Position numbers and translations under genes: made by a program
Shown: piece by piece, positions 46,205 to 60,058 of the stretch
How positions within the stretch are numbered: position 1 is the stretch's first letter
Layout: every line of letters starts with the position of its first letter
The notes under the pieces: model-generated
The model's database searches: none
Told to the model about the DNA's origin: nothing
Seen by the model: the letters and a program-made list of their open reading frames with translations, nothing else
NCBI GenBank assembly: GCA_964016885.1
Contig: OZ024743.1
Location: 338,334,001 to 338,398,000 of the forward strand
Origin: Eledone cirrhosa
Lineage: Eukaryota
Direction: 5' to 3'
Length of the DNA stretch: 64,000 nucleotides

Positions 46205-47880
46205 CCCGAATTACAAGGTCAATTTGAAAGAGAAATGAAGGAAGTAAAAGTAGGATCTTCATGGAATTAGAAAGTGATTTTTAAGGGAAGGACAGAAAGT
46301 TTATTAAGAGCTGCTGAAGGAGTGAAGAAGGTGGCGCGTGTGACACACAACATGAGTGCCTGTGGTATGCTGGAGCCAAAGAAATATATAAAGTGTCGCA
46401 ATAAAGTGGGCTTATAGCGCCATTGGTATTTATGTAAGAAATATGGGTTTGCAACCACTGAGAAATGGTAAACCTTTGAAATAACAATGCAAGGAATAGG
46501 ACTGATGCCATAAACACACTTGCCATTCCAGTAGTAACAGTTTTAATGTCATCAACTGGTCATGGACAGAGATCTTTAAACTTGATATGAGAATTAGAAA
46601 GCTTTTATCCATGCACAAAATGCAACACACCATGGCAGATATAAACAGATTATATTTCCCAAGAAAAGAAGGAGGTCGTGGCTTAAACCAGTTAAATATT
46701 TCTTTGAAAACTGCAACAATTGGATGATTTACATATTTAAGGGAATCAAATGATTGGATGATTAAACTTGTTCTGAAGCATAAAAACAGCAAAAGATCAT
46801 ACACCATTACAAAAGATATACATATTACAAAAGATGTACACATTACAAAAGATCCTACTCCATTACAAAAGATGTACACAGCTACTTTAATGAATTATAA
46901 ATTCCAGAAGTTCCCTTTATTACTGAAATGAAAACCACAGAAAAAGTAAACCTGGTATAAATAACTGCAAAGAAAGAATCAGTAAAGAAACTGGCTGAGA
47001 AATGTCAAGAAAAGCCTGTATGGAAAATACCCAGAAAGAGCTAACAATCCTGATGTTGACAAAACTTTAACCCATCAGTGGTTAGCATCTTCTGGGCTGA
47101 AATCAGAGACTGGAGGACTGATTATTTCAGTACAAGATCAGTACCTACCAACAACAAAAATCTATAAAGCCAATATCATAAAAAATGGATGCAACCCATT
47201 ATGTCATGTGTCTAAAGAACAACCAGAGACCATTGATCATATAATTTCAATGCGCAATCTTTTAGCTCCAATCGAATACCTTAACTGACACGACAGAGTT
47301 GCACAAAACATATATTGGATAATGTGCAAGTATTTTGATCTTCTCCATCAGAAGAATTGACGGGAACATCAACCATCTCCCATACTTGAAAAAGACCACA
47401 TTTCAATTTTGTGGAACTTTAGCATTCAAACAGACAAGAAAATTGATGCAAATAAGTCTGATATAATATTGAAAGACTAAACAATTTATGCCTACTAATT
47501 GACATGACCGTTCCTATAGACAAGAATGTATCTGTAAAAACATTTGCAAATTTGAGCAAATATAAAGACCTGTAAATAGAGATTGGAAAAATGTGGAAGT
47601 TGAGACCTAAAACAATACCAGTGGCTGCAGGCAACTCTACGAATGATACCTAAGAGATCTAATGATTACTTATCCCCCAATTCCAGGAAGCCCACGTATA
47701 GAAGAAATACAAAACATAGTACAAATGGGAACTGCCCATATACTAAGGAATATGCTGTTAAAATAAGTATCTTACAAATGTAAATGTCTAAAAAAAATGT
47801 TTTAACATGGCAGAACTTGGAGTCTTTTGAAGTCACTGGTTGTGACTTGGTGATAACTTGAATGAACATAAAACACTTAA
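46205..47880 (+). mobile_element. Heavily decayed R4/Dong-clade element(s) between (TAA)n tracts
   Basis: Remnant frames AINTLAIPVV, DMRIRKLL, RLYFPRKEGGRGL, GLKSET, ETIDHII, HDRVA, LWNFSIQTD, IDMTVP, KYKDL, IQxIVQMGTAHILR. Confidence 0.8.
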
Positions 47881-47904
47881 AAATGATAATAATAATAATA
47901 ATAA

Positions 47905-48112
47905 TAATGGGTTCTTATATAGGTACAAGGCCAGCAATTTAGGGGCAGGGGAAAGTCGATTAAATCGACCTCAGTGCATGACTGGTACTTTATTTTATCG
48001 ACCCCGTAAGGATAAAAGGCAAAGTTAAACTCGTCGGGATTTGAACTCAGACCGTAAAGGGCCGTAAAATATGCTTTCTGATGCCCTACCGATACTGCCA
48101 ATCTACCGCCAT
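47905..48112 (-). mobile_element. tRNA-derived SINE (Meta-domain-like)
   Basis: Core plus head (ctaccgatactgccaatctaccgcc) in reverse complement. Confidence 0.82.
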
Positions 48113-48794
48113 AATAACTATAATAATAATTATTCCTTTATTAACCACAAAGGGTTCACATCAAGAAAAACATTATAACGGCACAGGATAAAAACATAGA
48201 ATGTGTGTGTGTGTTAGTAATAATAACTAACCGGTTGTGTGGAAATTACAGTTGTTGAAAACCCAGACACAATAATTACTCTGACATATTTATTTATCCA
48301 TCATTGTATCATTATAGTTATAATTGTCATTATCATCATTTATATCATTAATTATCATAATTTATATCATTGATTTATCATCATAATTTATACCATTAAT
48401 TTAATACTTCATTATGAACAATGTTTTTATATAATTTTTCCTCTGTTTTCCTTACTTATTAGTATCAACCACTCTAATAAAAACATCTGTTCATTTCCTA
48501 GGCTTAGAGAATGTAACATGACAGTCCATGAATAAACTCTGGTTGTGGTAAGTAAATCCCTATCTTATTAAATATTTGACCTTGTGATTTATTAATTGTC
48601 ACTGAATAAGTTAATCTAACTAGAACCTGAGGATTTTGTTAAAGTTTCAAGTCAACAGATAAAGGTTAAGTGATTAAACATACAGATAAAGACAGCTGTA
48701 TTAGAAAGGACTATAAATGTCATAAATGAGAGGAAAAGGAGGGAAAGAACGTGGACTACTAGACAAAGGAAGAGGAGAGGGTGATAAACTCTAC

Positions 48795-49030
48795 ACTTAG
48801 GTCAGAGCAGTCGGCTGCAGCATTTTTACAGACAATGGCCAGCAACACACACTGCGGAGCTCCTTCCTCAGATGGGTTCCTATCGATCCGATTTTACATA
48901 TGAGGTCAGCTGTCCAGGGTCCAAGGACACCTGAAGTCTCAACAGTGACCGGTGCAAAGAAGAAGTGGCCAGACAAGCTCCGGTATTTGCTAGACTTCCA
49001 GTCCTCTCCACTATGAGCCACAGTACTGGA
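48795..49030 (-). mobile_element. Fragment of a CRE/R2-like non-LTR restriction-like endonuclease C-terminus
   Basis: E..K.SKYRSLSGHFFFAPVTVETSGVLGP...LICKIG resembles the K..KY...F.P.AVET.G.WG motif. Confidence 0.6.
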
Positions 49031-49202
49031 ATTAGTTAATTGTACTGAAGTACATACATTAAATAAAGAAATAATTTCTAAAAAATATTTTTTTTTAGAA
49101 ATATATAATCACCACTGCTGCCACCTTCATTAACCCAAAATCTACATATAATTATTTCTAATTTTGGCACATGGCCAACAATTTGAGAGAGGAGAAAATC
49201 GT

Positions 49203-49442
49203 TTAACCCTATGGCATTTACATTACTCTATATATATATATATATACACTATTGTATTTTTGTGGAAAAGACTTTATCTCACATAATATCTCACATAATA
49301 TTGAATCTATGAGATTTTGATATAATTTATTTTGAGATCAATACCTTAACATCAGTACGAGCAGCCAGTTACGGCTGGTTTGAACAGAAAGAGGTGAAAG
49401 AATTCTGGTCAGATACAGCCGGTTTAAATGCTAAAGGGTTAA
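49203..49442. mobile_element. TTAA MITE family 1 inserted into a SINE
   Basis: TIRs and TTAA flanks; SINE halves at about 49150-49202 and 49443-49580. Confidence 0.85.
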
Positions 49443-49897
49443 ATTGACTCCAGTGCTTTACAACTACTTTATTTTATCACCCTTTCAGAATGATGAAAGG
49501 CAAAGTTGACCTCTTCGGGATTTGAACTCAGAATATAAAGAGCCAGAACAAATGCTAAGTTTTTGTCTGGTGCCTTAAGATCGTTTCTTCTCCTCCGCCG
49601 ACATATTCCTGAGAGGGTCATGAGGGCAGAGTCCTCAAACATTCCTTCCACTAGAGAGATTCTGTGCTGAGAAGGACTTGTCCAAACCATGCAGGCATGG
49701 AAAAACGAACATGATGATGATGATGATGATGATGATTGTTTCCAACATAGACACAAAAGCCAGAAATTTGGTGGCAAGGAGCTAATCGATTATATTGACC
49801 CCAGTACTTGACTAGTTCTGTCTTTTATGAACCCTTCCTCATTCCTCATTTAGTAAGATGTAAGGCAAATGTTTTCTTGACAGAATTTGGAGAGAGA

Positions 49898-49957
<60 letters not shown>

Positions 49958-50479
49958 AAAAGAGATAGAGAGGGGTGTAAAGTTATTTATAAATCGACTC
50001 CAGAATTTAATTGCTACATTATTTTATTGGGCCTAGAAGGATGAAAGGCTAAGCTGACCTCGGCATATAATATATTATGTGATGTTGTAAGTAAGTAACA
50101 CATTAAGTACTGTAATTTCTGTCTGGTGTCTTATTGATCGTTAGCAATCCTTTTGATTAGCCATCTTGGAGACAGCTATATAGAGTGTCTTAAACATTAC
50201 AGGACGATGATTGGTTATTGAACTAAGAACTGACAGAACATTTATCACAAGAACACAACTGAATCACATTTCTCACACTTTCTTACGTTTTTTGTTGCTG
50301 GTGGTAGCTTTCTTTTTTGTTTCTTTTGGGGTTTTTTCTTCGATGTGTATGTGTTTATATATGTGTGTCTGTGCATGTGTCTTACTCTGTCTCTGTGTGT
50401 GAGTTTGTGTGTCTGTGTGTGTGTGTGAGGGGGGGGGGGGGGGTAAATGTTGTTAATTGACAGCCTAATTATAACTAGA

Positions 50480-50850
50480 AATCAGACACACAGAAAGTCT
50501 AATAGACACACATACACACACACACATACATACATACAAACAGAGATCCACATAAACATAGACACACACATACACACAGCAGCACTCACAGACACACAGG
50601 AAGACAAATGCAGACACACACAGACACATAAACACAGGCACATACACACATACATACTCACAGACACAGAGGCACATAAACACACACACATACACACACG
50701 CACACTCATACATACATACACTGACATATACACTGACATATACATAAATACAGATCCACAAAACAGATACATACACACAGACACACACACACCAAAGCAC
50801 ACAAACATATACACATACACTAACAAACACACACACATACATACACACAC

Positions 50851-50881
<31 letters not shown>

Positions 50882-51460
50882 CATACATACACTAACACAC
50901 ACACCAAAGCACACAAACACATACACTAACACACACAAACACACAAACACATACACTAACACACACAAACACACATACACTAACACACGCATACACTAAC
51001 ACACACACACACACACACCAAGGCAATATACTTCAACATCAAACACCAAAAAGATATATATAAACAGTATAAAAAAACATCAAACCAATAAGTAAATAAA
51101 TAAATATATAGAGAGTCAATAGAGACATGAAGAGAGTATATAGTGTATGGTGTGTGTATGTGTGTGTATGTATGGTGTGAGTGTGTGTATGTGTGTGTAT
51201 GTTTGGTGTGTGTATGTTTGGTGTGTGTATGTGTGGTGTATGTATGTGTGGTGTATCTTTGTATGTATGGTGTATGTGTGTGGTGTATGTATGTATGTTT
51301 GTGTGTATGTATTATGTATGTTTGTGTGTATGTATGATGTATGTGTGTGTGTATGTATAGTGTAGTTATGGTGTATATATGATGTGTGTATGTGGTATGT
51401 GTGTGTATGTGTGTATATGTGTCTGTATGTAAATTTGTATGTATGTATGTGCTTATGTGT
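50480..51460. repeat. Degenerate (CA)n tract followed by a (TG/TATG)n tract
   Basis: Directly visible. Confidence 0.9.
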
Positions 51461-51469
51461 TATCTCTTT

Positions 51470-53428
51470 CTTTTAATTTCGAGTATATTTTTTTGACCGG
51501 CCACCTTCCTGGTGGCAAGGTTATAAAAGAAAAGAAATTGTCATCCCTTGAATCGCAAGAATGTTTTGCAAATTTTGAAGGTGCCAGCTATCGCAGTCAT
51601 TTGTAGACTATGAATTAGGGAGCTGCGCTCTTTGTCCGCAAATCCAAGTTCAGTTATACTTTGGTCCAAACGGGTTGGTATATAACCTGTAGCTCCAATA
51701 ATGATGGGCATGAAGCTAAAGATGTATCTTGGATACTGGATTTGTAAACTCCTCATCAATGGTCCGTAGATATCCTCCTTCTCCTGTATTTTTCTGACAA
51801 CGTTTACATCAAGTGGGCAGCTGACCTCCACAACAGAACATGTTTGCAATGTGTGGTCCCAAACAACAATATCAGGTCGGTTGTGCTTTAATTTGGTGGC
51901 AGTTTTATTTTCAGGTTCTACCAGTATTCCTTAGTGCCATCTGTCTCAATATATTCTTCCTCGTTTGTTGTTAATTTTGTTTTCCGAAGTGTGTTCCAGA
52001 TGGTTCTAGCTATCCCATCGTGTCTCATGGGGAGGTAGTAGCGAGATGACATTCTTTCGCAGCTGGCAACAATGTGGCTTACATCCTCGATCTTTGTTTT
52101 ACATAGCCTACATTTATTGTCAGCTGATGGCCCTCCCCTTTTGTGCAGCAGATATTTAGTAGGAAGTTCTTGTTCCTGTATTGCATAGAGATATCCCTCA
52201 AGGTGTGATGTCATAAACCTGTCGGAACTCCATGCCAGGCTTTTTGAGTGGTTTATCCCCTCTATGGTCTGTGTTTTACGTCTCAAGAATCCATGCACAA
52301 CTTTTTCTGTAAATTGGTCAATTTTTTCATCTTGTTTGAACATTGAATAGGATCTTCCGATTTCTCTGGGTGAGAGATTTATATCAGGCTTTATTCCATA
52401 TCTCTCCTCCAGATCAGTCGCTATTCTAATGATATATTTTTTTTCATGCTCATAAACCTGGGCAAGATGGTTGTCAACCTTTTTCCTCTGTTGCAAGTGT
52501 TGCTTCAGTGTTACTATCCGGGTCTTATATGATGTTAATATGGATTTTAGACCCCGGCCACCTTCCTTGCGTGAGAAGTATAGCCTATCCATATCACCAT
52601 TAATGTTAAAGTTCCCAGTAACACTGAGAAGTTTGCGAGTTCTAACATCCATCTCACTTAGTTCTTGCAATGACCAGTTCAGCAGGCCAAATGTTGGCGT
52701 TAGAATTGGCACAGCATAAGTATTGTGGGCAATGTATTTGTTGTACGCTGACAGTTCTGATGACCATATTTTCTTTACTCTTCTGAGGTATTCAGTTCTG
52801 GTTCTCTCCTTATTTATGGGTCCATCATATCTGACATTCTCATCCTGTCCAAGATATCTGTAGTTGTCACCTGACTGTAGAGGTTGTATTGTCAGGCCAT
52901 TCATCTCTAGATTTCTAGAGGAGGGCACAGCTCTTCCACGTTTTACTGCCAAATATGCACACTTGGACTCACCAAATTTCATTTTGATGTCTGTTGAAAA
53001 TTGTGTAATGAGGTCCAATTGTTTCTTGATGTCATTGATATTTGGCCCATACAACTTCAGGTCATCAACAAAGAAAAGATGGGAGATACTTCTGGACCCA
53101 CTTCTTTGTCCACCTTGTTTCCTGAGTAGGTAAGATAGTGGATTTAGTGAGAGAACGAAGAGTAGCACTGACAAGCTATCACCCTGAAAGATGCCCTTCT
53201 GGTAATGTATCTTATCAGTCTTAACTTGCTCCTTCTCACCTCTAAGGATCAAATTGGTGTACCAGTTCTTGGTCAGACGTTCAACAGCAGCTACCAGTGG
53301 TTGTGGGACTTTGGCTAACTGTAAAGCCTTAACAATCCACCCATGAAGTACACTATCAAATGCTTTTTGATAGTCCAGCCACACCACAGTCATGTTTCTG
53401 CGATTCTTTGTTGTTTTTTCTTGAATCA
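51470..53428 (-). mobile_element. R4/Dong-clade non-LTR retrotransposon, 5'-truncated (RT, CCHC, RLE)
   Basis: VWLDYQKAFDSV, GIFQGDSLS, HLFFVDDLKLY, YRYLG, RKEGGRGL, CRLC...HIVASC, RHD, KHNRPDIVVWD, VEVSCP. One stop plus a frameshift near 51910. Confidence 0.92.
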
Positions 53429-53660
53429 TGTATGTATATGTATATGTTTGTATGTATTTATGTATGTATATATTTATGTATGTATGTATGTATTTATGTA
53501 TGTATGTATTTATGTATGTATTTATCTGTATGTATGTGGTGTATGTGTGGGTATATATGTATCCATGTATGTGTGGGATTGTATATGTATGTGTATGTGT
53601 ATGTATGTAAGTAAGTATGTAAGTGTGTCTATGTATGTATGTAAGCTTGTATGTATGCAA

Positions 53661-54600
53661 GTAGTGGAGGATGCTCTGAAAGTACAGTAGCTAGAGTCAG
53701 AACGGGATGGAAAAAGTTCAGAGAGCTTATACCACTATTGGCCGCTAAAGGTTTCTCTCTAAAAATAAAAGGCAGGCTGTATGATGCCTGCGGTTTTACA
53801 TGGCAGTGAGACATGGGCATTGTGTGCAGAGGATCTACGCAGACTGGAGAGGAATGAAGTTTGCATGCTCCGCTGGATGTGTAATAGTAATATACGCGAA
53901 CAGCAAAGCATAAATGAACTAAGTGAGAAATTAGGAATAAGAGGGATCAGATGCTGTTTACTCGAGAGAAGACTACGTTGGTATGGTCACGTGATGCGCA
54001 TGAAAGACGACAGCTGTATAAAAAAGTGCAGGGTGATCAAAATAGACGGTAGCTACGGAGTAGGCAGACCCAGAAAAACCAGGGACGACTTGATAAATTC
54101 CGACCTCACACACTTACACCTCTCCAAGACAATGTCACTGGACCGAGATCTTTGGCACTACGCAGTAATACAGAAGACCCGCCTTGCCTAAGTACAAAGC
54201 GAAACCTACAGTCAGTAGGCACCTCTTAACCAAAATACACCCCCGTCCCACTACCCCTACCCCCACCCCCATCAACACCACCCCTTTCGATGTAAAGTTA
54301 TGTTGGTACCACAACATCCAGTCTGAAACAAATGAGGTCGTGTAGGTCTCACGACAAAAAACACACACAGTCCACGCTGTAATGTGGCCGTGTAGGTAAC
54401 ACGGTAAAAACCTCCCAGTCCACACTGTAAACGTGGTTGGTGTTAGGAAGGGCATCCAGCCGTAGAAAACCCGCCAGACAGTCCTATGCGAGCAAGACAA
54501 CCAATCTTGCCTCAAGTGGGACAATTCCCGTCCAAACCCATGCTAGCATGGAAAATGGACGTTAAACGATGATAATGATGCTGCTGCTGCTGCTGCTGAT
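53661..54600 (+). mobile_element. RTE subfamily A 3' fragment within a (TATG)n tract
   Basis: GCSESTVARVRTGWKKF...RLRWYGHV; full 3'UTR; tail drifts from GAT to GCT. Confidence 0.92.
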
Positions 54601-54887
54601 GTATGTATGTATGTATGTGTGGTGAATATGTATGCATGTATGTAAGTATGTGTGTATGCATATATGTAAGTATATATGTATGTATGGAAGTATCCACCTG
54701 TAACTTCAGATGGAGTCCTAGCGCCGTCATTGTGACATATGGCATGTCCTGGGGCAATCTAAACCTGGAGGAACAAATCTCCTTTCCAAGCTTGAACATA
54801 GCTGATTTCTTCCAGAGAGAGGAAGTGAGAAATGATTAGAGAGGTTGCCCAGTACACCTCGCTGCCGTCTTTTGCTCTGGTGTTGGA

Positions 54888-56555
54888 TATAGAGGAGGTG
54901 GGGAAGAGATAGAGAGGAGGTGGGGAAGAGATAGAGAGGAGGTGGGGAAGAGATAGAGAGGAGGTGAGGAAGAGATAGAGAGGGGGTGAGGAAGAGATAG
55001 AGAGGGAGTGAGGAAGAGATAGAGAGGAGGTGGGGAAGAGATAGAGAGGAGGTGGGGAAGAGATAGAGAGGAGGTGGGGAAGAGATAGAGAGGAGGTGGG
55101 GAAGAGATAGAGAGGAGGTGAGGAAGAGATAGAGAGGAGGTGAGGAAGAGATAGAGAGGAGGTGAGGAAGAGATAGAGAGGGGGTGAGGAAGAGATAGAG
55201 AGGGGGTGAGGAAGAGATAGAGAGGGGGTGAGGAAGAGATAGAGAGGAGGTGAGGAAGAGATAGAGAGGAGATGAGGAAGAGATAGAGAGGGGGTGAGGA
55301 AGAGATAGAGAGGGGGTGAGGAAGAGATAGAGAGGGGGTGAGGAAGAGATAGAGAGGGGGTGAGGAAGAGATAGAGAGGAGGTGAGGAAGAGATAGAGAG
55401 GGGGGAGCGGAAGAGATAGGGAGGAGGTGAGGAAGAGATAGGGAGGAGGTGAGGAAGAGATAGAGAGGGGGTGAGGAAGAGATAGAGAGGGGGTGAGGAA
55501 GAGATAGAGAGGAGGTGAGGAAGAGATAGAGAGGGGGGAGCGGAAGAGATAGGGAGGAGGTGAGGAAGAGATAGGGAGGCGGTGAGAAAGAGATAGAGAG
55601 GCGGTGAGAAAGAGATAGAGGCGGTGAGAAAGAGATAGAGAGGCGGTGAGAAAGATATAGAGAGGGGGTGAGGAAGAGATAGAGAGTTGAGGAAGAGATA
55701 GAGAGGAGGTGAGGAAGAGATAGAGAGGGGGTGAGGAAGAGATAGAGAGGAGGTGAGGAAGAGATAGAGAGGAGGTGAGGAAGAGATAGAGAGAAGGTGA
55801 GGAAGAGATAGAGAGGGGGTGAGGAAGAGATAGAGAGGAGGTGAGGAAGAGATAGAGAGGTGTGGAAGAGATAGAGAGGTGTGGAAGAGATAGAGAGGTG
55901 CGGAAGAGATAGAGAGGTGTGGAAGAGATAGAGAGGAGGTGTGGAAGAGATAGAGAGGAGGTGAGGAAGAGATAGAGAGGAGGTGAGGAAGAGATAGAGA
56001 GGAGGTGAGGAAGAGATAACAGGAGGTGAGGAAGCGATAGAGATGAGGAAGAGATAGAGATGAGGTGAGGAAGAGATAGAGAGGGGGTTAGGAAGAGATA
56101 GAGAGGGGATGAGGAAGAGATAGAGAGGGGGTGAGGAAGAGATAGAGAGGGGGTGAGGAAGAGATAGAGAGGGGGTGAGGAAGAGATAGAGAGGGGGTGA
56201 GGAAGAGATAGAGAGGGGGTGAGGAAGAGATAGAGGGAAGCTGAGGAAGAGATAAAGAGAAGGTGAGGAAGAGATAAAGAGGAGGTGAGGAAGAGATAGA
56301 GAGGGGGTGAGGAAGAGATAGAGAGGTGAGGAAGAGATAGAGAGGAGGTGAGGAAGAGATAGAGAGAAGGTGAGGAAGAGATAGAGAGAAGGTGAGGAAG
56401 AGATAGAGAGGTGCGGAAGAGATAGAGAGAAGGTGAGGAAGAGATAGAGAGAAGGTGAGGAAGAGATAAAGAGAAGGTGAGGAAGAGATAAAGAGAAGGT
56501 GAGGAAGAGATAAAGAGGTGAGGAAGAGATAGAGAGGGGGTGAGGAAGAGATAGA
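54888..56555. repeat. 22-bp polypurine minisatellite GAGGAAGAGATAGAGAGG(A/G)GGT (~1.65 kb)
   Basis: Directly visible. Confidence 0.95.
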
Positions 56556-56704
56556 CTGGTATTGCTTTTGACCAACCTGGAAAGAATGAAATATAAAGTT
56601 GACCTCAGTATTTGAACTCTAGAGTGAACCAGATACAAACTTGCTATAACAACTCTGCCAAGTTACTGTCATACTGCCAATGTGTATAAAGACTTTAGCT
56701 ATAT

Positions 56705-59700
56705 TGGTGGGACTGATGACTTGGTGGGGTTGATGACTTGGTGGGTCTGATGACTTGGTGGGGCTGATGGCTTGGTGGGGTTGATGGCTTGGTGGGGTTG
56801 ATGGCTTGGTGGGGTTGATGACTTGGTGGGGTTGATGGCTTGGTGGGGTTGATGGCTTGGTGGGGCTGATGACTTGGTGGGGTTGATGGCTTGGTGGGGC
56901 TGATGGCTTGGTGGGGCTGATGACTTGGTGGGGCTGATGACTTGGTGGGGCTGATGGCTTGGTGGTGTTGATGACTTGGTGGGCCTGATGACTTGGTGGG
57001 GCTGATGGCTTGGTGTAGTTGATGGCTTGGTGGGGCTGATGGCTTGGTGGGGTTGATGACTTGGTGGGGCTGATGACTTGGTGGGGCTGATGACTTGGTG
57101 GGGTTGATGACTTGGTGGGGTTGATGACTTGGTGGGGTTGATGGCCTGGTGGGGTTGATGGCTTGGTGGGGTTGATGGCTTGGTGGGGTTGATGGTGGGG
57201 CAGATGACTTGGTGGGGTTGATGACTTGGATGGGTTGATGACTTGGTGGGGCTGATGACTTGGTGGGTCTGATGGCTTGGTGGGGTTGATGGCTTGGTGG
57301 GGTTGATGGATTGGTGGGGCTGATGGCTTGGTGGGGCTGATGGCTTGGTGGGACTGATGGCTTGGTGGGGTTGATGGCTTGGTGGGGTTGATGGCTTGGT
57401 GGGGTTGATGGCTTGGTGGACTGATGGCTTGGTGGGGCTGATGACTTGGTGGGGCTGGTGACTTGGTGGGGTTGGTGGCTTGGTGGGGTTGATGGCTTGG
57501 TGGGGTTGATGGCTTGGTGGGGTTGATGGTGGGTCTGATGACTTGGTGGGGTTGATGGCTTGGTGTGGTTGATGGCTTGGTGGGGTTGATGGCTTGGTGG
57601 GGTTGATGGCTTGGTGGGGCTGATGACTTTGTGGGGTTGGTGGGGTTGATGGCTTGGTGGGCCTGATGACTTGGTGGGGCTGATGACTTGGTGGGGCTGA
57701 TGACTTGGTGGGGGTTGATGGTGGGGCTGATGACTTGGTGGGGTTGATGGCTTGGTGTGGTTGATGGCTTGGTGGGGTTGATGGCTTGGTGGGGCTGATG
57801 GCTTGGTGGGGCTGATGACTTTGTGGGGTTGGTGGCGTTGATGGTTTGGTGGGCCTGATGACTTGGTGGGGCTGATGACTTGGTGGGGTTGATGGATTGG
57901 TGGGGGTTGATGGTGGGGCTGATGACTTGGTGGGGTTGATGGCTTGGTGGGGTTGATGGCTTGGTGGGGTTGATGGCTTGGTGGGGCTGATGACTTGGTG
58001 GGGATGATGATTTGGTGGGGCTGATGGCTTGGTGGGGCTGATGGTTGGGCTGATGACTTGGGGGTGGGCTGATGGCTTGGTGGGCCTGATGACTTGGTGG
58101 GGCTGATGACTTGGTGGGGTTGATGGCTTGGTGGGGGTTGATGGTGGGGCTGATGACTTGGTGGGGTTGATGACTTGGTGGGGTTGATGGTGGGGCTGAT
58201 GACTTGGTGGGGTTGGTGGCTTGGTGTGGCTGATGACTTGGTGGGGCTGATGACTTGGTGGGGTTGGTGGCTTGGTGGTGTTGGTGGCTTGGTGGGGTTG
58301 GTGGCTTGGTGGGGCTGATGACTTGGTGGGGCTGATGACTTGGTGGGGTTGATGACTTGGAGGAGCTGATGACTTGGTGGGGTTGATGCCTTGGTGGGGC
58401 TGATGACTTGGTGGGACTGATGACTTGGTGGGACTGATGACTTGGTGGGTTGATGACTTGGTGCTTTGATGACTTGGGGTTGATGACAGTGTTGATGAAT
58501 TGGTGGGGTGATGACTTGGTGAGACTGATGACTTGGTGCAGCTGGTAGTGGGGCTGATTGATGACTTCTGGGGCTGATGACTTGTGGGGTTGATGGCTTG
58601 GCTGATGACTTGGTGGGGTTGATGGCTTGGTGTGGTTGATGGCTTGGTGGGGTTGATGGCTTGGTGGGGCTGATGGCTTGGTGGGGCTGATGACTTTGTG
58701 GGGTTGGTGGGGTTGATGGTTTGGTGGGCCTGATGACTTGGTGGGGCTGATGACTTGGTGGGGTTGATGGCTTGGTGGGGGTTGATGGTGGGGCTGATGA
58801 CTTGGTGGGGTTGATGGCTTGGTGGGGTTGATGGCTTGGTGGGGTTGATGGCTTGGTGGGGCTGATGACTTGGTGGGGATGATGATTTGGTGGGGCTGAT
58901 GGCTTGGTGGGGCTGATGGTTGGGCTGATGGCTTGGTGGGCCTGATGACTTGGTGGGGCTGATGACTTGGTGGGGGTTGATGGTGGGGCTGATGACTTGG
59001 TGGGGTTGATGGCTTGGTGTGGTTGATGGCTTGGTGGGGTTGATGGCTTGGTGGGGCTGATGACTTTGTGGGTTTGGTGGGGTTGATGGTTTGGTGGGCC
59101 TGATGACTTGGTGGGGCTGATGACTTGGTGGGGTTGATGGCTTGGTGGGGGTTGATGGTGGGGCTGATGACTTGGTGGGGTTGATGGCTTGGTGGGGTTG
59201 ATGGCTTGGTGGGGTTGATGGCTTGGTGGGGCTGATGACTTGGTGGGGATGATGATTTGGTGGGGCTGATGGCTTGGTGGGGCTGATGGTTGGGCTGATG
59301 ACTTGGTGGGCCTGATGGCTTGGTGGGGCTGATGACTTGGTGGGGTTGATGGCTTGGTGGGGGTTGATGGTGGGGCTGATGACTTGGTGGGGTTGATGAC
59401 TTGGTGGGGTTGATGGTGGGGCTGATGACTTGGTGGGGTTGGTGGCTTGGTGTGGCTGATGACTTGGTGGGGCTGATGACTTGGTGGGGTTGGTGGCTTG
59501 GTGGGGTTGGTGGCTTGGTGGGGTTGGTGGCTTGGTGGGGCTGATGACTTGGTGGGGTTGATGACTTGGAGGAGCTGATGACTTGGTGGGGTTGATGCCT
59601 TGGTGGGGTTGATGCCTTGGTGGGGCTGATGACTTGGTGGGACTGATGACTTGGTGGGACTGATGACTTGGTGGGTTGATGACTTGGTGGGTTGATGACT

Positions 59701-60058
59701 TGGTGCTTTGATGACTTGGGGTTGATGACAGTGTTGATGAATTGGTGGGGTGATGACTTGGTGAGACTGATTACTTGGTGGGGTTGATGAATTGGTGTGG
59801 CTGATGACTTGGTGCAGCTGGTAGTGGAGCTGATTGATGACTTAGTGGGGTTGATGACTTCTGGGGCTGATGACTTGTGGGGTTGATGACTTGGCTGATG
59901 ACTTGGTAAGGCTGATGACTTGGTGGGGTTGATGGCTTGGTGGAGCTGATGACTTAGTGGGGTCGATGACTTAGTGGGGTCGATGACTTGGCTGATGACT
60001 TGGTGAGGTTAATGACTTGGTGGCTTGGTGGGGTTGGTGGCTTGGTAGGACTGATGAC
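56705..60058. repeat. 17-bp G-rich satellite TGATG(A/G)CTTGGTGGGG(C/T) (~3.35 kb) with higher-order duplications
   Basis: Directly visible; variant blocks recur (see findings). Confidence 0.95.

Noticed and set aside
54690-54887. GC-richer unique 200-bp island as a possible PA-domain exon
   Set aside because: No PA motif (IALIxRGxCxF) in the frames I read and no convincing splice pair; left unassigned.
54836-56638. 600-aa ORF (SLSLPHLLSISSSPPLYLFLT repeats)
   Set aside because: Translation of a stop-free 22-bp minisatellite; no splice or domain evidence.
56705-60058. Many CTGATGA motifs (hammerhead core or snoRNA C/D boxes)
   Set aside because: They are part of the 17-bp unit; no GAAA partner or helices.
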